Below are positions 38,661 to 49,205 of a stretch of 64,000 bases of DNA, piece by piece. Positions within the stretch are counted from its first letter, which is position 1. Each line of letters starts with the position of its first letter. This DNA comes from Myxococcota bacterium. Lineage in GTDB: Bacteria > Myxococcota_A > UBA796 > GCA-2862545. Position numbers and translations under genes: made by a program. The notes beneath the pieces were generated by a model. That model had not been told where the DNA came from. It saw nothing but the letters and a program-made list of their open reading frames with translations, and ran no database searches. The DNA is taken from positions 32,001-96,000 of the forward strand of contig JBCCQY010000002.1 of NCBI GenBank assembly GCA_039208735.1. Reading direction: 5' to 3'.

Positions 38661-39487
38661 TCCTTTCCCTGCTGCTCGCGAACCCCGCTGTGGCCCAGGG
38701 TCTGCCTATTCCCGCGGTGTCACCGCGAGCCGAGGTGATGCAAGAGGTCGGCGTCGTCGAGATCCGCGTCAACTACGCAAGCCCGGCCAAGCGCGACCGG
38801 GTGATCTGGGGAGAACTCGTGCCCTTCGGCGAGTTGTGGCGGACCGGCGCGAACGCGGCGACCACGCTGTCGGTGTCGGCCCCCGTTTCGATCGGCGGAA
38901 CGACGGTGGAAGCGGGCAAGTACGCCCTGTTCACGATTCCTTCTGAGGAAAGCTGGACCATCATCCTCAACTCGAACGCGGACCAAGGCGGCACGGGCAG
39001 CTACACCGAAGACCTCGACGTGCTGCGACTCGACGTGAAGCCCCAGATGGGCGGGGAGCTCGAGCGGCTCACCTTCTCATTCCACGACACGACGGCGTCC
39101 GAGACCTCCCTCGACTTGGCTTGGGACGGCGTGCAGGTGTCGATTCCCATCGAGGTCGACACGGGCAAGATGATGGACGATGCGGTGGCGGCCTACATTT
39201 CGGGCTCCTCCCGGCGTCTTGCTTCGGCGGCCCGTCACTATTCTCGGTCCGGCGAGCACGACAAGGCCCAGGACGCGATCGACGCCGCCCTGCGCATCGA
39301 AGACAACTGGTACAACCTGTGGACCAAGGCCGAAGCCTACCGTGCGGCCGACGATCGACGTCAGGCGCTTCGCTACGCCAAGAAGGCCCAGCGGGCGGGA
39401 AAGGCGGCCGAGTCCGATGGGGGGAGCTTCCCGAAGTTCTATGCCGAACGCATCGACAAAGCGCTGACCGACTGGCGTAAGGGATAG
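38657..39487 (+). CDS. DUF2911 domain protein with C-terminal TPR
   Basis: SPRA.V.Q.VG..I.VNYASP..R.IWGELVPFG..WRTGANA; C-terminal TPR-like helices; ATGA overlap. Confidence 0.87.
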   Translation: MILSLLLANPAVAQGLPIPAVSPRAEVMQEVGVVEIRVNYASPAKRDRVIWGELVPFGELWRTGANAATTLSVSAPVSIGGTTVEAGKYALFTIPSEESWTIILNSNADQGGTGSYTEDLDVLRLDVKPQMGGELERLTFSFHDTTASETSLDLAWDGVQVSIPIEVDTGKMMDDAVAAYISGSSRRLASAARHYSRSGEHDKAQDAIDAALRIEDNWYNLWTKAEAYRAADDRRQALRYAKKAQRAGKAAESDGGSFPKFYAERIDKALTDWRKG

Positions 39488-39541
39488 GCCTCCCCAATAT
39501 TCGGACCCCGAGCGCGTTGTCGCAGCGAGCCCGGGAGTCCC

Positions 39542-40819
39542 ATGCTTCTTCTCTTTGCGGTGGCCTGCGCACCCGATGATGCGAGCCCGACCTACTACCA
39601 AGATGTGGCCCCCCTCCTCGCCGAACGCTGCGAGGGGTGCCATCGAAGCGGTGGAATCGGAACGTTTCCGTTCGAGAGCTACGATGCGGTGGCCCCCCTC
39701 GCGCCACTCATCGCGGAGAGCACGGCATCGGGGCAAATGCCTCCGTGGCCTGCGGTTGAAAGCGAGACCTGCACGCCGCCCCACGGCTGGGTTGACGATC
39801 TGCGCCTCACGGACCACGCCATCGATCTGCTCACGGCGTGGGATGCCGCGGGAGCGCCAGCCGGCGAGGTGGCGGAGGTGGTGGTTCCTCCCGATCTCAC
39901 CGCCCTGCCCGAGCCGTCGCTCACCCTGACGCCCAGCACGTCCGTGACCATTGAGGGCACCGAGGACCAATACCTGTGCCGATCCCTCGACCCAGGCTTG
40001 GACGCGCCCGTTTGGATCACGGGCCTGCAGGTCCAGCCCGGCGACCCTGCGGTCGTGCATCACGCCCTCGTGTTTGCCGACCCCACGGGAGCGTCCGCGT
40101 CCCGTGGCGACGACGTCTGGCCGTGTTTCGGAGGCAGCGGCGTGCCCAACACCAGCCTGCTCCAGCCGTGGGCTCCCGGGCAGTTGCCCTACGAGTTGCC
40201 GCCTGACACGGGCTTTCCGTTGCCGGCGGGGGGCCGTTTTGTGGTCTCGACCCACTACCATCCCGTGCCCGGCGAAGTGCATGAGGACGCCAGCAGCCTC
40301 GAAATCCGATTCAGCCCCACTCCACCTGCTCGGCGGGCCCTCGTGACGTTGATCGGCAACGGACGCGGGCTCCAGCCGGGGCCAAGCGACCGGGGAGCCC
40401 CCGAGTTTCGCATCCCGAGTGGGGCCAAGAACCACGTCGAAACGATGGTCTTCGACAACCCCGCCGACGCCTTGACCTTCAAGGTGTTCAGCGTCGGGGG
40501 CCACCTGCATTGGGTCGGTACCTCCATCGAGGTGCGAATCGAGCGCGCAGATGGCGATACCTGCCTGCTCAACATCCCTGACTGGGACTTCGATTGGCAG
40601 ATGCTGTACCGCTACGATGCACCATTCGATGCGCTTCCCGAGATTCGGCCGGGAGACCGCCTCGTGGTTCGTTGCACGTACGACAACACCCTCGACAATC
40701 CCGAAGTGGCGACCTTGCTCGCCGAAGAGGGGCTCACCGAGCCGATCGACGTGGAGCTGGGAGAAGCGACCACCGATGAGATGTGCCTCACCATGCTCGG
40801 GCTCGCTCCGGTGCTGTGA
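39542..40819 (+). CDS. Copper type II ascorbate-dependent monooxygenase-like lipoprotein with N-terminal CxxCH
   Basis: Lipobox AVAC; CEGCH, MPPW, VVHH, HYH, GHLH, WDFDWQ, DEMC. Confidence 0.85.
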   Translation: MLLLFAVACAPDDASPTYYQDVAPLLAERCEGCHRSGGIGTFPFESYDAVAPLAPLIAESTASGQMPPWPAVESETCTPPHGWVDDLRLTDHAIDLLTAWDAAGAPAGEVAEVVVPPDLTALPEPSLTLTPSTSVTIEGTEDQYLCRSLDPGLDAPVWITGLQVQPGDPAVVHHALVFADPTGASASRGDDVWPCFGGSGVPNTSLLQPWAPGQLPYELPPDTGFPLPAGGRFVVSTHYHPVPGEVHEDASSLEIRFSPTPPARRALVTLIGNGRGLQPGPSDRGAPEFRIPSGAKNHVETMVFDNPADALTFKVFSVGGHLHWVGTSIEVRIERADGDTCLLNIPDWDFDWQMLYRYDAPFDALPEIRPGDRLVVRCTYDNTLDNPEVATLLAEEGLTEPIDVELGEATTDEMCLTMLGLAPVL

Positions 40820-40846
40820 TAGCCTCCCCGTTCCCCGAGGAGGCCC

Positions 40847-41947
40847 ATGCGAACCGCCCTTGCTGTCATTGCCGGGATCGTCCTACTGACGCTTGCCTAT
40901 TTCTTGCTGTGGCCGGTACCGGTTGACCCGGTCGCCTGGGATCCACCCCCGAACGCGGGGTACACCGGTGCCCACGCGACCAACCAACGGCTCGCAACGC
41001 TTGAGCGTGTCGCCGTGCCCGAACTGACGGGCCCCGAGGACCTCGTCCAATCGCCCGAGGGCACCCTCTATACGACGTCCCATGAGGGGGTCATCGCACG
41101 GATGGAGCCCGGCTCGGACGGATTTACGCCCTGGGTCACCCTCGAAGGGCGTCCGTTGGGCATCGATTGGGATGCCTCGGCCGACCGGCTCGTGGTGGCC
41201 GATGCGTACGAGGGGTTGTACGCGGTTGGGCGAGACGGCACGGTCACCGAACTTGCGACCGAAGCCGACGGCATTCCGATTCGCTACGCCGATGACGTTG
41301 TGGCCGCCTCAGACGGTCGGTTGTACTTTTCGGACGCGAGCACCAAGTTCGGGGCCCATGAACACGGCGGCACCTACGAGGCAAGCCTGCTCGACATCAT
41401 GGAGCACGGTGGCCACGGCCGAATCCTCGTGTACGACCCCACCACCCAAGTCACCACCACGTTGGTCGACGGGCTCGAGTTTGCCAATGGCGTGGCGCTG
41501 AACCCCGCAGAGACGGTTTTGTACGTGGCCGAAACCGGCATGTACCGAATCCTGGCCATTCCCCTCTCCGGATCTCGCAAGGGTGCCAAAGACGTGTTCA
41601 TCGACAACCTGCCCGGCTTTCCCGACAACCTGTCCCGGGGTCAGGACGGACGGATCTGGGTCGGCCTGGTGTCGAGCCGACGCGCCATCGTGGACCAAAT
41701 CGCGCCAAGCCCATTTGTGCGCCGCATCATTCAGCGGTTGCCGCGGTTCACCCGACCGGAGGCCACCCGCTACGGACACGTCGTCGCCATCGATGCGTTG
41801 GGACGAGTGGTCGCCGATCTGCAAGATCCTTCGGGGAGCTTCGCCCGAACCACCGGTGCGCTTGAAGTCGGCGAGACGCTGTGGATTTCGTCGCTGCACG
41901 AGCCCGACCTTGGACGGCTGAACGGCTGGCAATCGACATTGCGCTGA
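40847..41947 (+). CDS. Strictosidine synthase / SMP-30 family beta-propeller
   Basis: GPED, GRPLG, VADAYEGL, YFSDAS, FANGV, NLPGFPDN. Confidence 0.9.
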   Translation: MRTALAVIAGIVLLTLAYFLLWPVPVDPVAWDPPPNAGYTGAHATNQRLATLERVAVPELTGPEDLVQSPEGTLYTTSHEGVIARMEPGSDGFTPWVTLEGRPLGIDWDASADRLVVADAYEGLYAVGRDGTVTELATEADGIPIRYADDVVAASDGRLYFSDASTKFGAHEHGGTYEASLLDIMEHGGHGRILVYDPTTQVTTTLVDGLEFANGVALNPAETVLYVAETGMYRILAIPLSGSRKGAKDVFIDNLPGFPDNLSRGQDGRIWVGLVSSRRAIVDQIAPSPFVRRIIQRLPRFTRPEATRYGHVVAIDALGRVVADLQDPSGSFARTTGALEVGETLWISSLHEPDLGRLNGWQSTLR

Positions 41948-41957
41948 GCGCAGCAAC

Positions 41958-43166
41958 CTACTTGATGTAGCGCAGCGCCCGCATCTTCTCGAGGCTGCTG
42001 TCCACGACTTCGCGGTCGTAGCTTGGCGCATCCTTCGCGTTGCGCGTGCGCTCTTCGGTGACCCAGGCATCGCGCTTGGCCACCACCTGAGCCATCTCGG
42101 CCTGAATCCGCGCTCGTTCGGTGTTCCGCTTGTCGATTTCGGCCTGCCGCTGAGGAGCTGACAACGCCTGCAGTTCGGTGGGCAAGTCCTCATTGGCAAT
42201 GGCCCCGAGGTCCGCCCTGCCCTCTCGCAAATCGTCGAGCAGGTCACCGCGGCTCGCACCCGTCACGATCTTGCCGCCCCGCTTCGTGAGCACAGACGCG
42301 CGGGAGGCCTTGGTTGAGGTCGGAGCGGCATCGTAAAGGGCCATCTTGTCGGACGTCTCCTTCCGTTCGGCCCGGCTTCCCCAAGGAATCGCCGTCTTCG
42401 AAAGTTCGCGCTGCAGCCGGTCCAATTCCTCGTCGTAGGGAGTCGAGAGCCGTTCGACGGCCCCGTCTTGGGCCACGGCGCGGAACACCCCTTCGCCCGC
42501 TACCGCAATGCTGCGGAATTGCTTGGCGGTGCCTTGCATGCTTCCACACTGGATGGCGTTGACGAAGATGTCGCGGCTTCGCGCCCTGCGCACGACCTCG
42601 CGAGGCGAAGGTTCGTTGGCGTACTGCTTGTCCGGCGCATCCCCGACAAGGAAGATCGACCGAAAGACCCGGCCTTCCTGGGACCACGGCTGTTCGTTCA
42701 CTCCCGCAAGAAGGCCCTGAACCACCGACTCAGGCGCATCTCCGCCGCCTTGCGCCTGCAGACCCACCAACGTGCCGTAGATGGCGTCAAGATCGTCGGT
42801 AATCGGGGTCGTCTGAGTCACGTAGGCATCGCCCCGATCACGATAGGCCACCAGCCCAACCGCCACCTCGGGGCGAGGCTCCTGGCTTGAGAAGTCGTTG
42901 ACGACCTGCCAGATCGTCTCTTTCGCCCCTTCGATGAGGCCCGACATCGACGATGTGGTGTCGAGGACAAAGACCAGTTCGACCCTGGCTCCGGGCCGTG
43001 GCGTCACCTTGGCCTGCGGAGGCTCGGCCTTGGGCTCGACCGACATCTCGATCGGTTCGTCGGGCGGAGTCACGACATCGTGGGCGCGGGGAGTCAGGTA
43101 GGGTGCGGAAACGGCGGCCACCGCCACCAAACCAACCAACGACCACGTCAGGGTCGAACGCTTCAT
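41958..43166 (-). CDS. vWA domain protein
   Basis: FVLDTTSSM (MIDAS), LVAYRD, GGGDAPES, LVGDAP, NAIQCG. Confidence 0.87.
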   Translation of the reverse strand: MKRSTLTWSLVGLVAVAAVSAPYLTPRAHDVVTPPDEPIEMSVEPKAEPPQAKVTPRPGARVELVFVLDTTSSMSGLIEGAKETIWQVVNDFSSQEPRPEVAVGLVAYRDRGDAYVTQTTPITDDLDAIYGTLVGLQAQGGGDAPESVVQGLLAGVNEQPWSQEGRVFRSIFLVGDAPDKQYANEPSPREVVRRARSRDIFVNAIQCGSMQGTAKQFRSIAVAGEGVFRAVAQDGAVERLSTPYDEELDRLQRELSKTAIPWGSRAERKETSDKMALYDAAPTSTKASRASVLTKRGGKIVTGASRGDLLDDLREGRADLGAIANEDLPTELQALSAPQRQAEIDKRNTERARIQAEMAQVVAKRDAWVTEERTRNAKDAPSYDREVVDSSLEKMRALRYIK

Positions 43167-43212
43167 GGAACCTCCGAGGAGCTGTCGTCCCAACGGAGGT
43201 CCCTTCGCGAAC

Positions 43213-43770
43213 TTACGGACAGATCTGCTTCGGGTCCCGTTGCAGAGTTACCGACACACGATCCGTCAATTTCACGCCTTGGGCAGCATCGTTGACCGTG
43301 ACCGAGAGATCGGCCGTCTGGCCGTCCAACCCGCACACAAAGGCAACGGGATCATCGGTGAGTTCGTCGTCGTCGAAAATCGCGCGCAAGCCGAAGAACG
43401 TCCATCCGCAGGGTTTTTCGGGAACCAGCGCCAGGGTCTGAGCCGGCAACGCGCCGGTCAGCGTCTGGGCCTGCCATTCAAGGGCCAGCTGCACCGAAAC
43501 CACCTGTTCCGTCGCCATGACCCGCCCACCAACATCAATGTGCCAGCCCCCTTGCGGACCAAACACCACGGTCACGGCGTCACCGGGGTTGAGCGGCAAA
43601 TACTCCGACAGCCCCGTTCCAATGTCGACGGACGGCACCTCGCACGGGTCTGGCGGAGGCCCGGTGTCGGCGGTCGAAACTCCGGTTGCGACCGGGGGAA
43701 CACCGGTCTCATTCTTCGGCGGGCTGAGGTCGGTCTCGGGGGTGCACCCCAATCCCAGCAGGACGAACAT
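43213..43770 (-). CDS. Hypothetical lipoprotein
   Basis: Lipobox LGLGC; GPQGGWH motif typical of myxobacterial lipoproteins. Confidence 0.7.
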   Translation of the reverse strand: MFVLLGLGCTPETDLSPPKNETGVPPVATGVSTADTGPPPDPCEVPSVDIGTGLSEYLPLNPGDAVTVVFGPQGGWHIDVGGRVMATEQVVSVQLALEWQAQTLTGALPAQTLALVPEKPCGWTFFGLRAIFDDDELTDDPVAFVCGLDGQTADLSVTVNDAAQGVKLTDRVSVTLQRDPKQICP

Positions 43771-45512
43771 CACGGTTCGAGCACCACGCGCGTGTTGCCT
43801 GGCACGTTGATGGCCGCCAACGTACGGCCGTCTGGCCACAGGACGCCCACGAAATCTGCGCCCGTGTAGTGGCCCAGTCCAAAGCGTGTCGTCAGGGCGT
43901 TCTGCGAAGCGCGGCTGCTGCCCCCGGTCACATCCCGGAACCAGACATCGTCGCCTGCCTTCACGACAACGCGCGCCGTAATGCCCGTGCCTTCACCGGT
44001 TCCGGGGGCACTGCCGATGACCACTTCGAGGAAGCGGTTCGTGCCGCGGTCGGTGTCGTTGCGGTACAACTGAACCCGATTGCCCCCGGTGTTCGCACTC
44101 ACCACATCGACGTCACCATCGTGGTCGTAGTCCGCGAACGCCACCGGAACGTTGTGGCCGTTTTGGGTCGTGGGATGCGTCCATTCCTGCTCGGTGAAGG
44201 TGGGCGGGTCATCCTGGTTGTGCGTAAACGTGAGGTAGGGGCGCCAGTCTTCCTGGGCGACGAAAATGTCCCACCACCCATCCGCATTGAGGTCTTCGAA
44301 CCCGAGTCCCCAGCCGTAGGTGCCACGAACGCCCGCCGCAAGGGCAAAGTCGACGAACGTACCGTTCGGCTGCCCCATCAACAGGGCATTCCCACCAATG
44401 TTGCCGATGTAGTAGTCGAGGATGCCGTTGCGATCGACATCTGCGCCATCGATGCCCATGGGATTGCCCATGGCGTTTGTCATCTGGGCCGCCGACGTGA
44501 CATCGACGAACTGTCCGCCTTGGTTTTGGAGCAGCGAGCGGTTCGACGTGAAGTTCCCGCGGTCGTTCCAGACGTTGAGGTCCTGGTCGCCGTCGTTGTC
44601 GAAGTCGGTCCAAATCACCGCACAGGGGTTGCCGGTCGTGGAGACCTGCAGGCCAGCGGCCGCGCTCTCATCGGTGAATCCGCCCGCCTGGTCGTTGCGC
44701 AGCAGGTAGCCATGGCGCGAGTTGTTGTCGAAGGTGCTGGAGGCGACGAACAAATCGAGCCAACCATCGCCGTCGTAGTCACCAAACGCTCCGATCTTCG
44801 ATGAGCCAGAGAAGTCCTCGGAGGACGCCGGACCACCCGCCCCTGCGGCTTCGGTCTGATCGGTGAACGTGCCCCCCTCATTGCGAAGCAGGACGTCGTG
44901 GTCATGGGCGCCGATGTAGATGTCGACATCCCCATCCGCGTCGTAGTCCGCGGCAGCGACCGAGTAGGTGTCGAGCCCACGCAAGATGTCGCCAAGGCCC
45001 GTGGAGGCAGAGACGTCCGTGAAGGACCCCTTGCGGTCGTTCCTCCAAAGGCTCGACGTGGGGTTGCCCCCCGATGCGATGAGAATGTCTTCCCAACCGT
45101 CTCCGTCGTAGTCGAAGAAGCCGATTCCCACGCCGTGGGAGTTACCGCCCGCCAACGCCTGACTAAGACCCGAGGTTGCCGCGACCTCGGTCAGGACGAG
45201 CGGCTGGCTTTCCACCCGTTGGTCCTTGGGAATCATCTCTACCTTGTGGCCAAGGTCCCGGGCGCCAGCCAGCGGGATGTCCTGCCACAAGAACGGCGCA
45301 CTGAAGGCTTGTCCGTCGTTGCCCGTGTCGTCAGGTGCGGAGTCTGTATCGGCGTCCGCATCGCTATCGGCGTCCGCGTCACTGTCCGCATCGGCGTCCG
45401 CATCGGCATCTGCGTCTGCGTCGGCATCTGAGTCCGCGGAATCCCCGCTGCAGGCCGCAAGGGCACCGCCGAGGGCTAAAGTCCACAGGATCGGCCAGGC
45501 GTTGAGTCGCAT
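43770..45512 (-). CDS. CRTAC1/ASPIC-UnbV family FG-GAP repeat lipoprotein
   Basis: Lipobox LAAC; multiple DYDGDGxxD repeats; C-terminal GARV..RFGLG..V.WPDG. Confidence 0.88.
   Translation of the reverse strand: MRLNAWPILWTLALGGALAACSGDSADSDADADADADADADADSDADADSDADADTDSAPDDTGNDGQAFSAPFLWQDIPLAGARDLGHKVEMIPKDQRVESQPLVLTEVAATSGLSQALAGGNSHGVGIGFFDYDGDGWEDILIASGGNPTSSLWRNDRKGSFTDVSASTGLGDILRGLDTYSVAAADYDADGDVDIYIGAHDHDVLLRNEGGTFTDQTEAAGAGGPASSEDFSGSSKIGAFGDYDGDGWLDLFVASSTFDNNSRHGYLLRNDQAGGFTDESAAAGLQVSTTGNPCAVIWTDFDNDGDQDLNVWNDRGNFTSNRSLLQNQGGQFVDVTSAAQMTNAMGNPMGIDGADVDRNGILDYYIGNIGGNALLMGQPNGTFVDFALAAGVRGTYGWGLGFEDLNADGWWDIFVAQEDWRPYLTFTHNQDDPPTFTEQEWTHPTTQNGHNVPVAFADYDHDGDVDVVSANTGGNRVQLYRNDTDRGTNRFLEVVIGSAPGTGEGTGITARVVVKAGDDVWFRDVTGGSSRASQNALTTRFGLGHYTGADFVGVLWPDGRTLAAINVPGNTRVVLEP
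45342..45443 (-). repeat. Degenerate hexanucleotide repeat encoding a (DA/DS)n acidic linker
   Basis: DSADSDADADADADADADADSDADADSDADADTD after the lipid-anchor Cys. Confidence 0.9.
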
Positions 45513-45601
45513 CCACGCTCCTTGTCGCGCGTGGTCACTATGACACGGCCCACCAGGGTTCGCGTCGCAGATCTGTCAAGGGAGCCGCCTGTCCGCTGTG
45601 T

Positions 45602-46021
45602 TCAGGGGCCTACCGGGTTGTTTTGTTCCTGCGTGTACACCACGAAGGTCCGCGAGACCTGGGACCCCACAAACGGCAAGCCGAACAGCGACTGGTAGGG
45701 CACCGCCGCATGAACGCGAAGCCACATGCGACCGCTCAAGTCGGGGGTCCAGGTCGCCGTGACGGTGGCGGTCGAGGAGTCGAGGCCCCACAGGTCGAGC
45801 GCCTCCCGGGTCGTCATCTCGGCCTTGTCGGTGATCGGAGCCCCGGTCTTGGCATCGGCGGGCAGGATGGTTCGACTCGCTTCCCGGGCACCATCCTGGA
45901 CCGCCCGGCTCACCGCCTGTCGCGAAAAGGACCACCAAGCGAAATCGGTCGACCCCACGAGCAACAACAGAACAAACGGCAAGGTAAGTGCAAACTCGAT
46001 CGCGTTGGCACCGCGTCTCAT
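45602..46021 (-). CDS. tadE: TadE/TadF-like pseudopilin
   Basis: RRGANAIEFALTLP prepilin-like site; AVQDGAREA. Confidence 0.82.
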   Translation of the reverse strand: MRRGANAIEFALTLPFVLLLLVGSTDFAWWSFSRQAVSRAVQDGAREASRTILPADAKTGAPITDKAEMTTREALDLWGLDSSTATVTATWTPDLSGRMWLRVHAAVPYQSLFGLPFVGSQVSRTFVVYTQEQNNPVGP

Positions 46022-46452
46022 GTCGGATCCCGTTGAAACTCGAGACGAACCACCACCTCATCCGTGAGGTCGCCCGACTGGATTTCGGAAAGGGCTGGAG
46101 TCAGGCCATCCCAAGGCGCGACGAGGTTGCAACGTAGGGCGCGGTTGGGGATGGCCCCCACCATTGTGGTATTCACCACACAACCTGGACAAGCGCCAAC
46201 ACTGCCCTCGTAAAGGCTCCGAATGGCGTTTTGGGCTCGGGTGTGCACGTCGGCCACGGCACTTTCCTTGAGCCCCGGATCGACGAGCGAGCCCGCCCGA
46301 CACCCTCGACTCACCGCCGAACGCATGGCGCCCCGTTGAAGCATCAGCCACGAAAGGTCGACGCTTCCTCCGACCAACAGCACAAACACCGGAAGGAGCA
46401 AGGCAAACTCAACCGCGTTGGCCCCCCGACGCTTCGTTCGACGCATCATCAT
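46018..46452 (-). CDS. tadE: TadE/TadF-like pseudopilin
   Basis: RRGANAVEFALLLP; AVSRGCRAG. Confidence 0.82.
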   Translation of the reverse strand: MMMRRTKRRGANAVEFALLLPVFVLLVGGSVDLSWLMLQRGAMRSAVSRGCRAGSLVDPGLKESAVADVHTRAQNAIRSLYEGSVGACPGCVVNTTMVGAIPNRALRCNLVAPWDGLTPALSEIQSGDLTDEVVVRLEFQRDPT

Positions 46453-47594
46453 TCCACCAACGCAATCGGAAGCGACTCGGCAATGTCGGTGAAGATGTCG
46501 ACGAGTTCGGACGAATTCGTGGCTCGAATGAAATATCCGTCACCCTGGGCGACCGGAACCATCCAGGGGTCATTGAGCTTGAAGCTCACCATCCAGGTAT
46601 GCACCTCCGCCGTGTCCCATGCCATCTTCGTCATGGCCTGTGACTCGCTGCGAATGGCGTCTTTGGTGCGTGCGGTGGCCCCGGTGTACTCGAAGCGCCA
46701 CCGGGTATCGACCCATCCAACGTCGTTCCGGTTCTTGTGCTTGCCGACATCGGCCGGAGCCCCATCCGTGATGATGATCATGGCTCGATAAACCGTTGGA
46801 TCGGGCTGCTCGGCGAACATCTTGGTCGCCATTTGAATGCCGATGGCATGGTCGGTGCCGGTCTCATCGTTGAACTGCAGGGGAACCGGCGGCAGTGGCT
46901 CCACAGGAATGGCAGTGCCCGTCAGCTGGGCTCGGTCCAGTTTCAGCCACTCCTCACGCACGCCGTTCGCCACGGCATCATCCACCCGCGTGAGCGGCGT
47001 GAACTCCGTTCCATACTTGCCATGGAACACGACCAACCCAACGCGGTCGTTCTTTCCTGCCGCGGAAGCCATGTGGTCGAACACCGCGACGGCTCCATCC
47101 CGGGCCCCGACGAAATCCACCGGACTCCACGACCGCGTGATGTCGACCACCACGATGGTGTGGAGGGGTCGGGCGGCGGCCGCCGCCGTTCCGCGAAGGG
47201 TTTGGCTGCCCGCTCCCCAAAAACCCGAGAACGGAAGGTCCACATCGACCTTCACGTCCACACGAACCGCGTTCGCATTGAGGCTGGTTGGCGTGAAAAC
47301 CCCTGCTTCGAAGAGCCCAAAGTCCAGGTGATCTTGAATCGGCTGGATGCCCGCCACCCGATTGTGCCCCGTGACCTGCTGGGAAACGGCCTTAGCAACC
47401 GCTCGATTGTTGGTAGACCGAAGCTCCAGAATCGCGGCCTGGGCCGACGCATCGGCTACGGCTTGAATTTCCGCGTCCGCCAAACGCAACATGGACAGAT
47501 CAACGGCAATCGCACCAAACGCAACCAGTGCGCTTGCGGCGATGGCATAAACTGCAGCATAGGACCCACGCTGCGGCATTCTCGAGAGTTTCAT
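46449..47594 (-). CDS. tadG: TadG-like protein with vWA domain
   Basis: [42 protein letters not shown]. Confidence 0.78.
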   Translation of the reverse strand: MKLSRMPQRGSYAAVYAIAASALVAFGAIAVDLSMLRLADAEIQAVADASAQAAILELRSTNNRAVAKAVSQQVTGHNRVAGIQPIQDHLDFGLFEAGVFTPTSLNANAVRVDVKVDVDLPFSGFWGAGSQTLRGTAAAAARPLHTIVVVDITRSWSPVDFVGARDGAVAVFDHMASAAGKNDRVGLVVFHGKYGTEFTPLTRVDDAVANGVREEWLKLDRAQLTGTAIPVEPLPPVPLQFNDETGTDHAIGIQMATKMFAEQPDPTVYRAMIIITDGAPADVGKHKNRNDVGWVDTRWRFEYTGATARTKDAIRSESQAMTKMAWDTAEVHTWMVSFKLNDPWMVPVAQGDGYFIRATNSSELVDIFTDIAESLPIALVE

Positions 47595-47793
47595 GGTTGA
47601 CCCCGCGCGGTCGGATTCTATGAAAGGGATCTCAAGTATCGGGTCTCATAGCGGTGACGCCTCCATACTCCCTCCACATCCATTTCAATCAGTACCGATA
47701 CCCGGAAGAGATTCCGTCAACCGGGACTTCGGAGGTTCGTTTGACGCCGCGCGATCCACTTGTTGTGGAAGACGCACAAATGGGAGGAACCCA

Positions 47794-49179
47794 ATGGCGA
47801 CGCGGATCGAGAAAGACAGCCTGGGTGAGGTCGAGGTCCCCGACGAGCGCTATTGGGGCGCCCAGACCGAGCGCAGCCGTCAGAATTTCCCAATCGGTAC
47901 CGAGACGATGCCCGAGGAGTTGATCGCGGCGTTCGCCGTCGTGAAGAAGGCCGCCGCCCGTACGAACGTGGCGCTCGCGGGGCTTCCCGCCGAGACGGGC
48001 AAGGCCATCGAGTCGGCTTGCGACGAGATTCGAGCCGGGAAGCTGCCTCACGAGTTCCCTTTGGTGGTCTGGCAGACGGGGTCGGGAACCCAGAGCAACA
48101 TGAACCTCAACGAGGTCATCGCGAACCGCGCCAGCGAGATGCTGGGCGGCGACTTCCGCGTGAACCGTCAGGTCCATCCCAACGACGATGTGAATCGTAG
48201 CCAATCGTCGAACGACACCTTTCCCACCGCGATGCACATCGCGGCCTACAGCCTCGTCAAGTCGCTGACGATTCCCTCGCTCGAAGGCTTGCGCGACACC
48301 CTGGCCGCCAAATCGGCTGCGTTCGACAACGTGATCAAGACGGGCCGCACCCACCTCATGGACGCCACACCGCTGACGTTGGGGCAGGAACTGAGTGGCT
48401 ATGTCACCCAGATCGACAATGGACTCACCGCGCTCCACAACGCCCTGCCTCGCGTGGCGGAACTCGCCCTTGGCGGAACCGCGGTGGGTACGGGGCTCAA
48501 CACACCGGCTGGCTACTCCGAGGCGGTCGCCGGAGCCATTGCCGACATTACGGGGCACCCATTCGTCACGGCCCCCAACAAGTTCGAAGCGCTCTCGGCC
48601 CACGATGCGCTCGTCGAACTGTCGGGGGCGCTCAAGCGCGTTGCCGTGAGCCTGCTGCACATTGCCAACAACATTCGACTGCTGGCGTCCGGCCCCCGCA
48701 CCGGCATCGCCGAAATCACGATTCCCGCCAATGAGCCCGGCAGTTCAATCATGCCGGGGAAGGTGAACCCGACGCAGTGCGAAGCCCTCACGATGGTGGC
48801 GGCACAGGTAATTGGGAACGACACCACGGTCGCCCTGGCCGGCACCCACGGCCAATTCCAACTCAATGTGTTCAAGCCGGTGATGGCCTACAACGTGCTC
48901 CAAAGCGCGCGGCTCATCGGCGATGGCGCAAAAAGCTTCAACGAGCGCTGCGCGCAGGGCATCGAACCCAACACGGCACGCATCGCCGAACTCGTCGAAC
49001 GCAGCTTGATGCTCGTCACGGCCCTCAACAAGCACATCGGCTACGACCGGGCCGCCGAAATCGCCAAGAAGGCGCACGCCGAAGGGACGTCGCTCCGTGA
49101 AGCGGCGCTGGCCCTCGGCCATCTCTCGGCCGATGAATTCGACCGCATCGTGGTTCCCGCCAATATGGTGGGAAGGTAG
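47794..49179 (+). CDS. fumC: Fumarate hydratase class II
   Basis: [59 protein letters not shown]. Confidence 0.96.
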   Translation: MATRIEKDSLGEVEVPDERYWGAQTERSRQNFPIGTETMPEELIAAFAVVKKAAARTNVALAGLPAETGKAIESACDEIRAGKLPHEFPLVVWQTGSGTQSNMNLNEVIANRASEMLGGDFRVNRQVHPNDDVNRSQSSNDTFPTAMHIAAYSLVKSLTIPSLEGLRDTLAAKSAAFDNVIKTGRTHLMDATPLTLGQELSGYVTQIDNGLTALHNALPRVAELALGGTAVGTGLNTPAGYSEAVAGAIADITGHPFVTAPNKFEALSAHDALVELSGALKRVAVSLLHIANNIRLLASGPRTGIAEITIPANEPGSSIMPGKVNPTQCEALTMVAAQVIGNDTTVALAGTHGQFQLNVFKPVMAYNVLQSARLIGDGAKSFNERCAQGIEPNTARIAELVERSLMLVTALNKHIGYDRAAEIAKKAHAEGTSLREAALALGHLSADEFDRIVVPANMVGR

Positions 49180-49205
49180 GTCGGTAGGCCGCTCCGACCG
49201 AGCCG

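Noticed and set aside
45342..45443. Tandem repeat as CRISPR or contingency locus
   Set aside because: In-frame, synonymous-degenerate Asp-Ala linker with no spacers or cas genes
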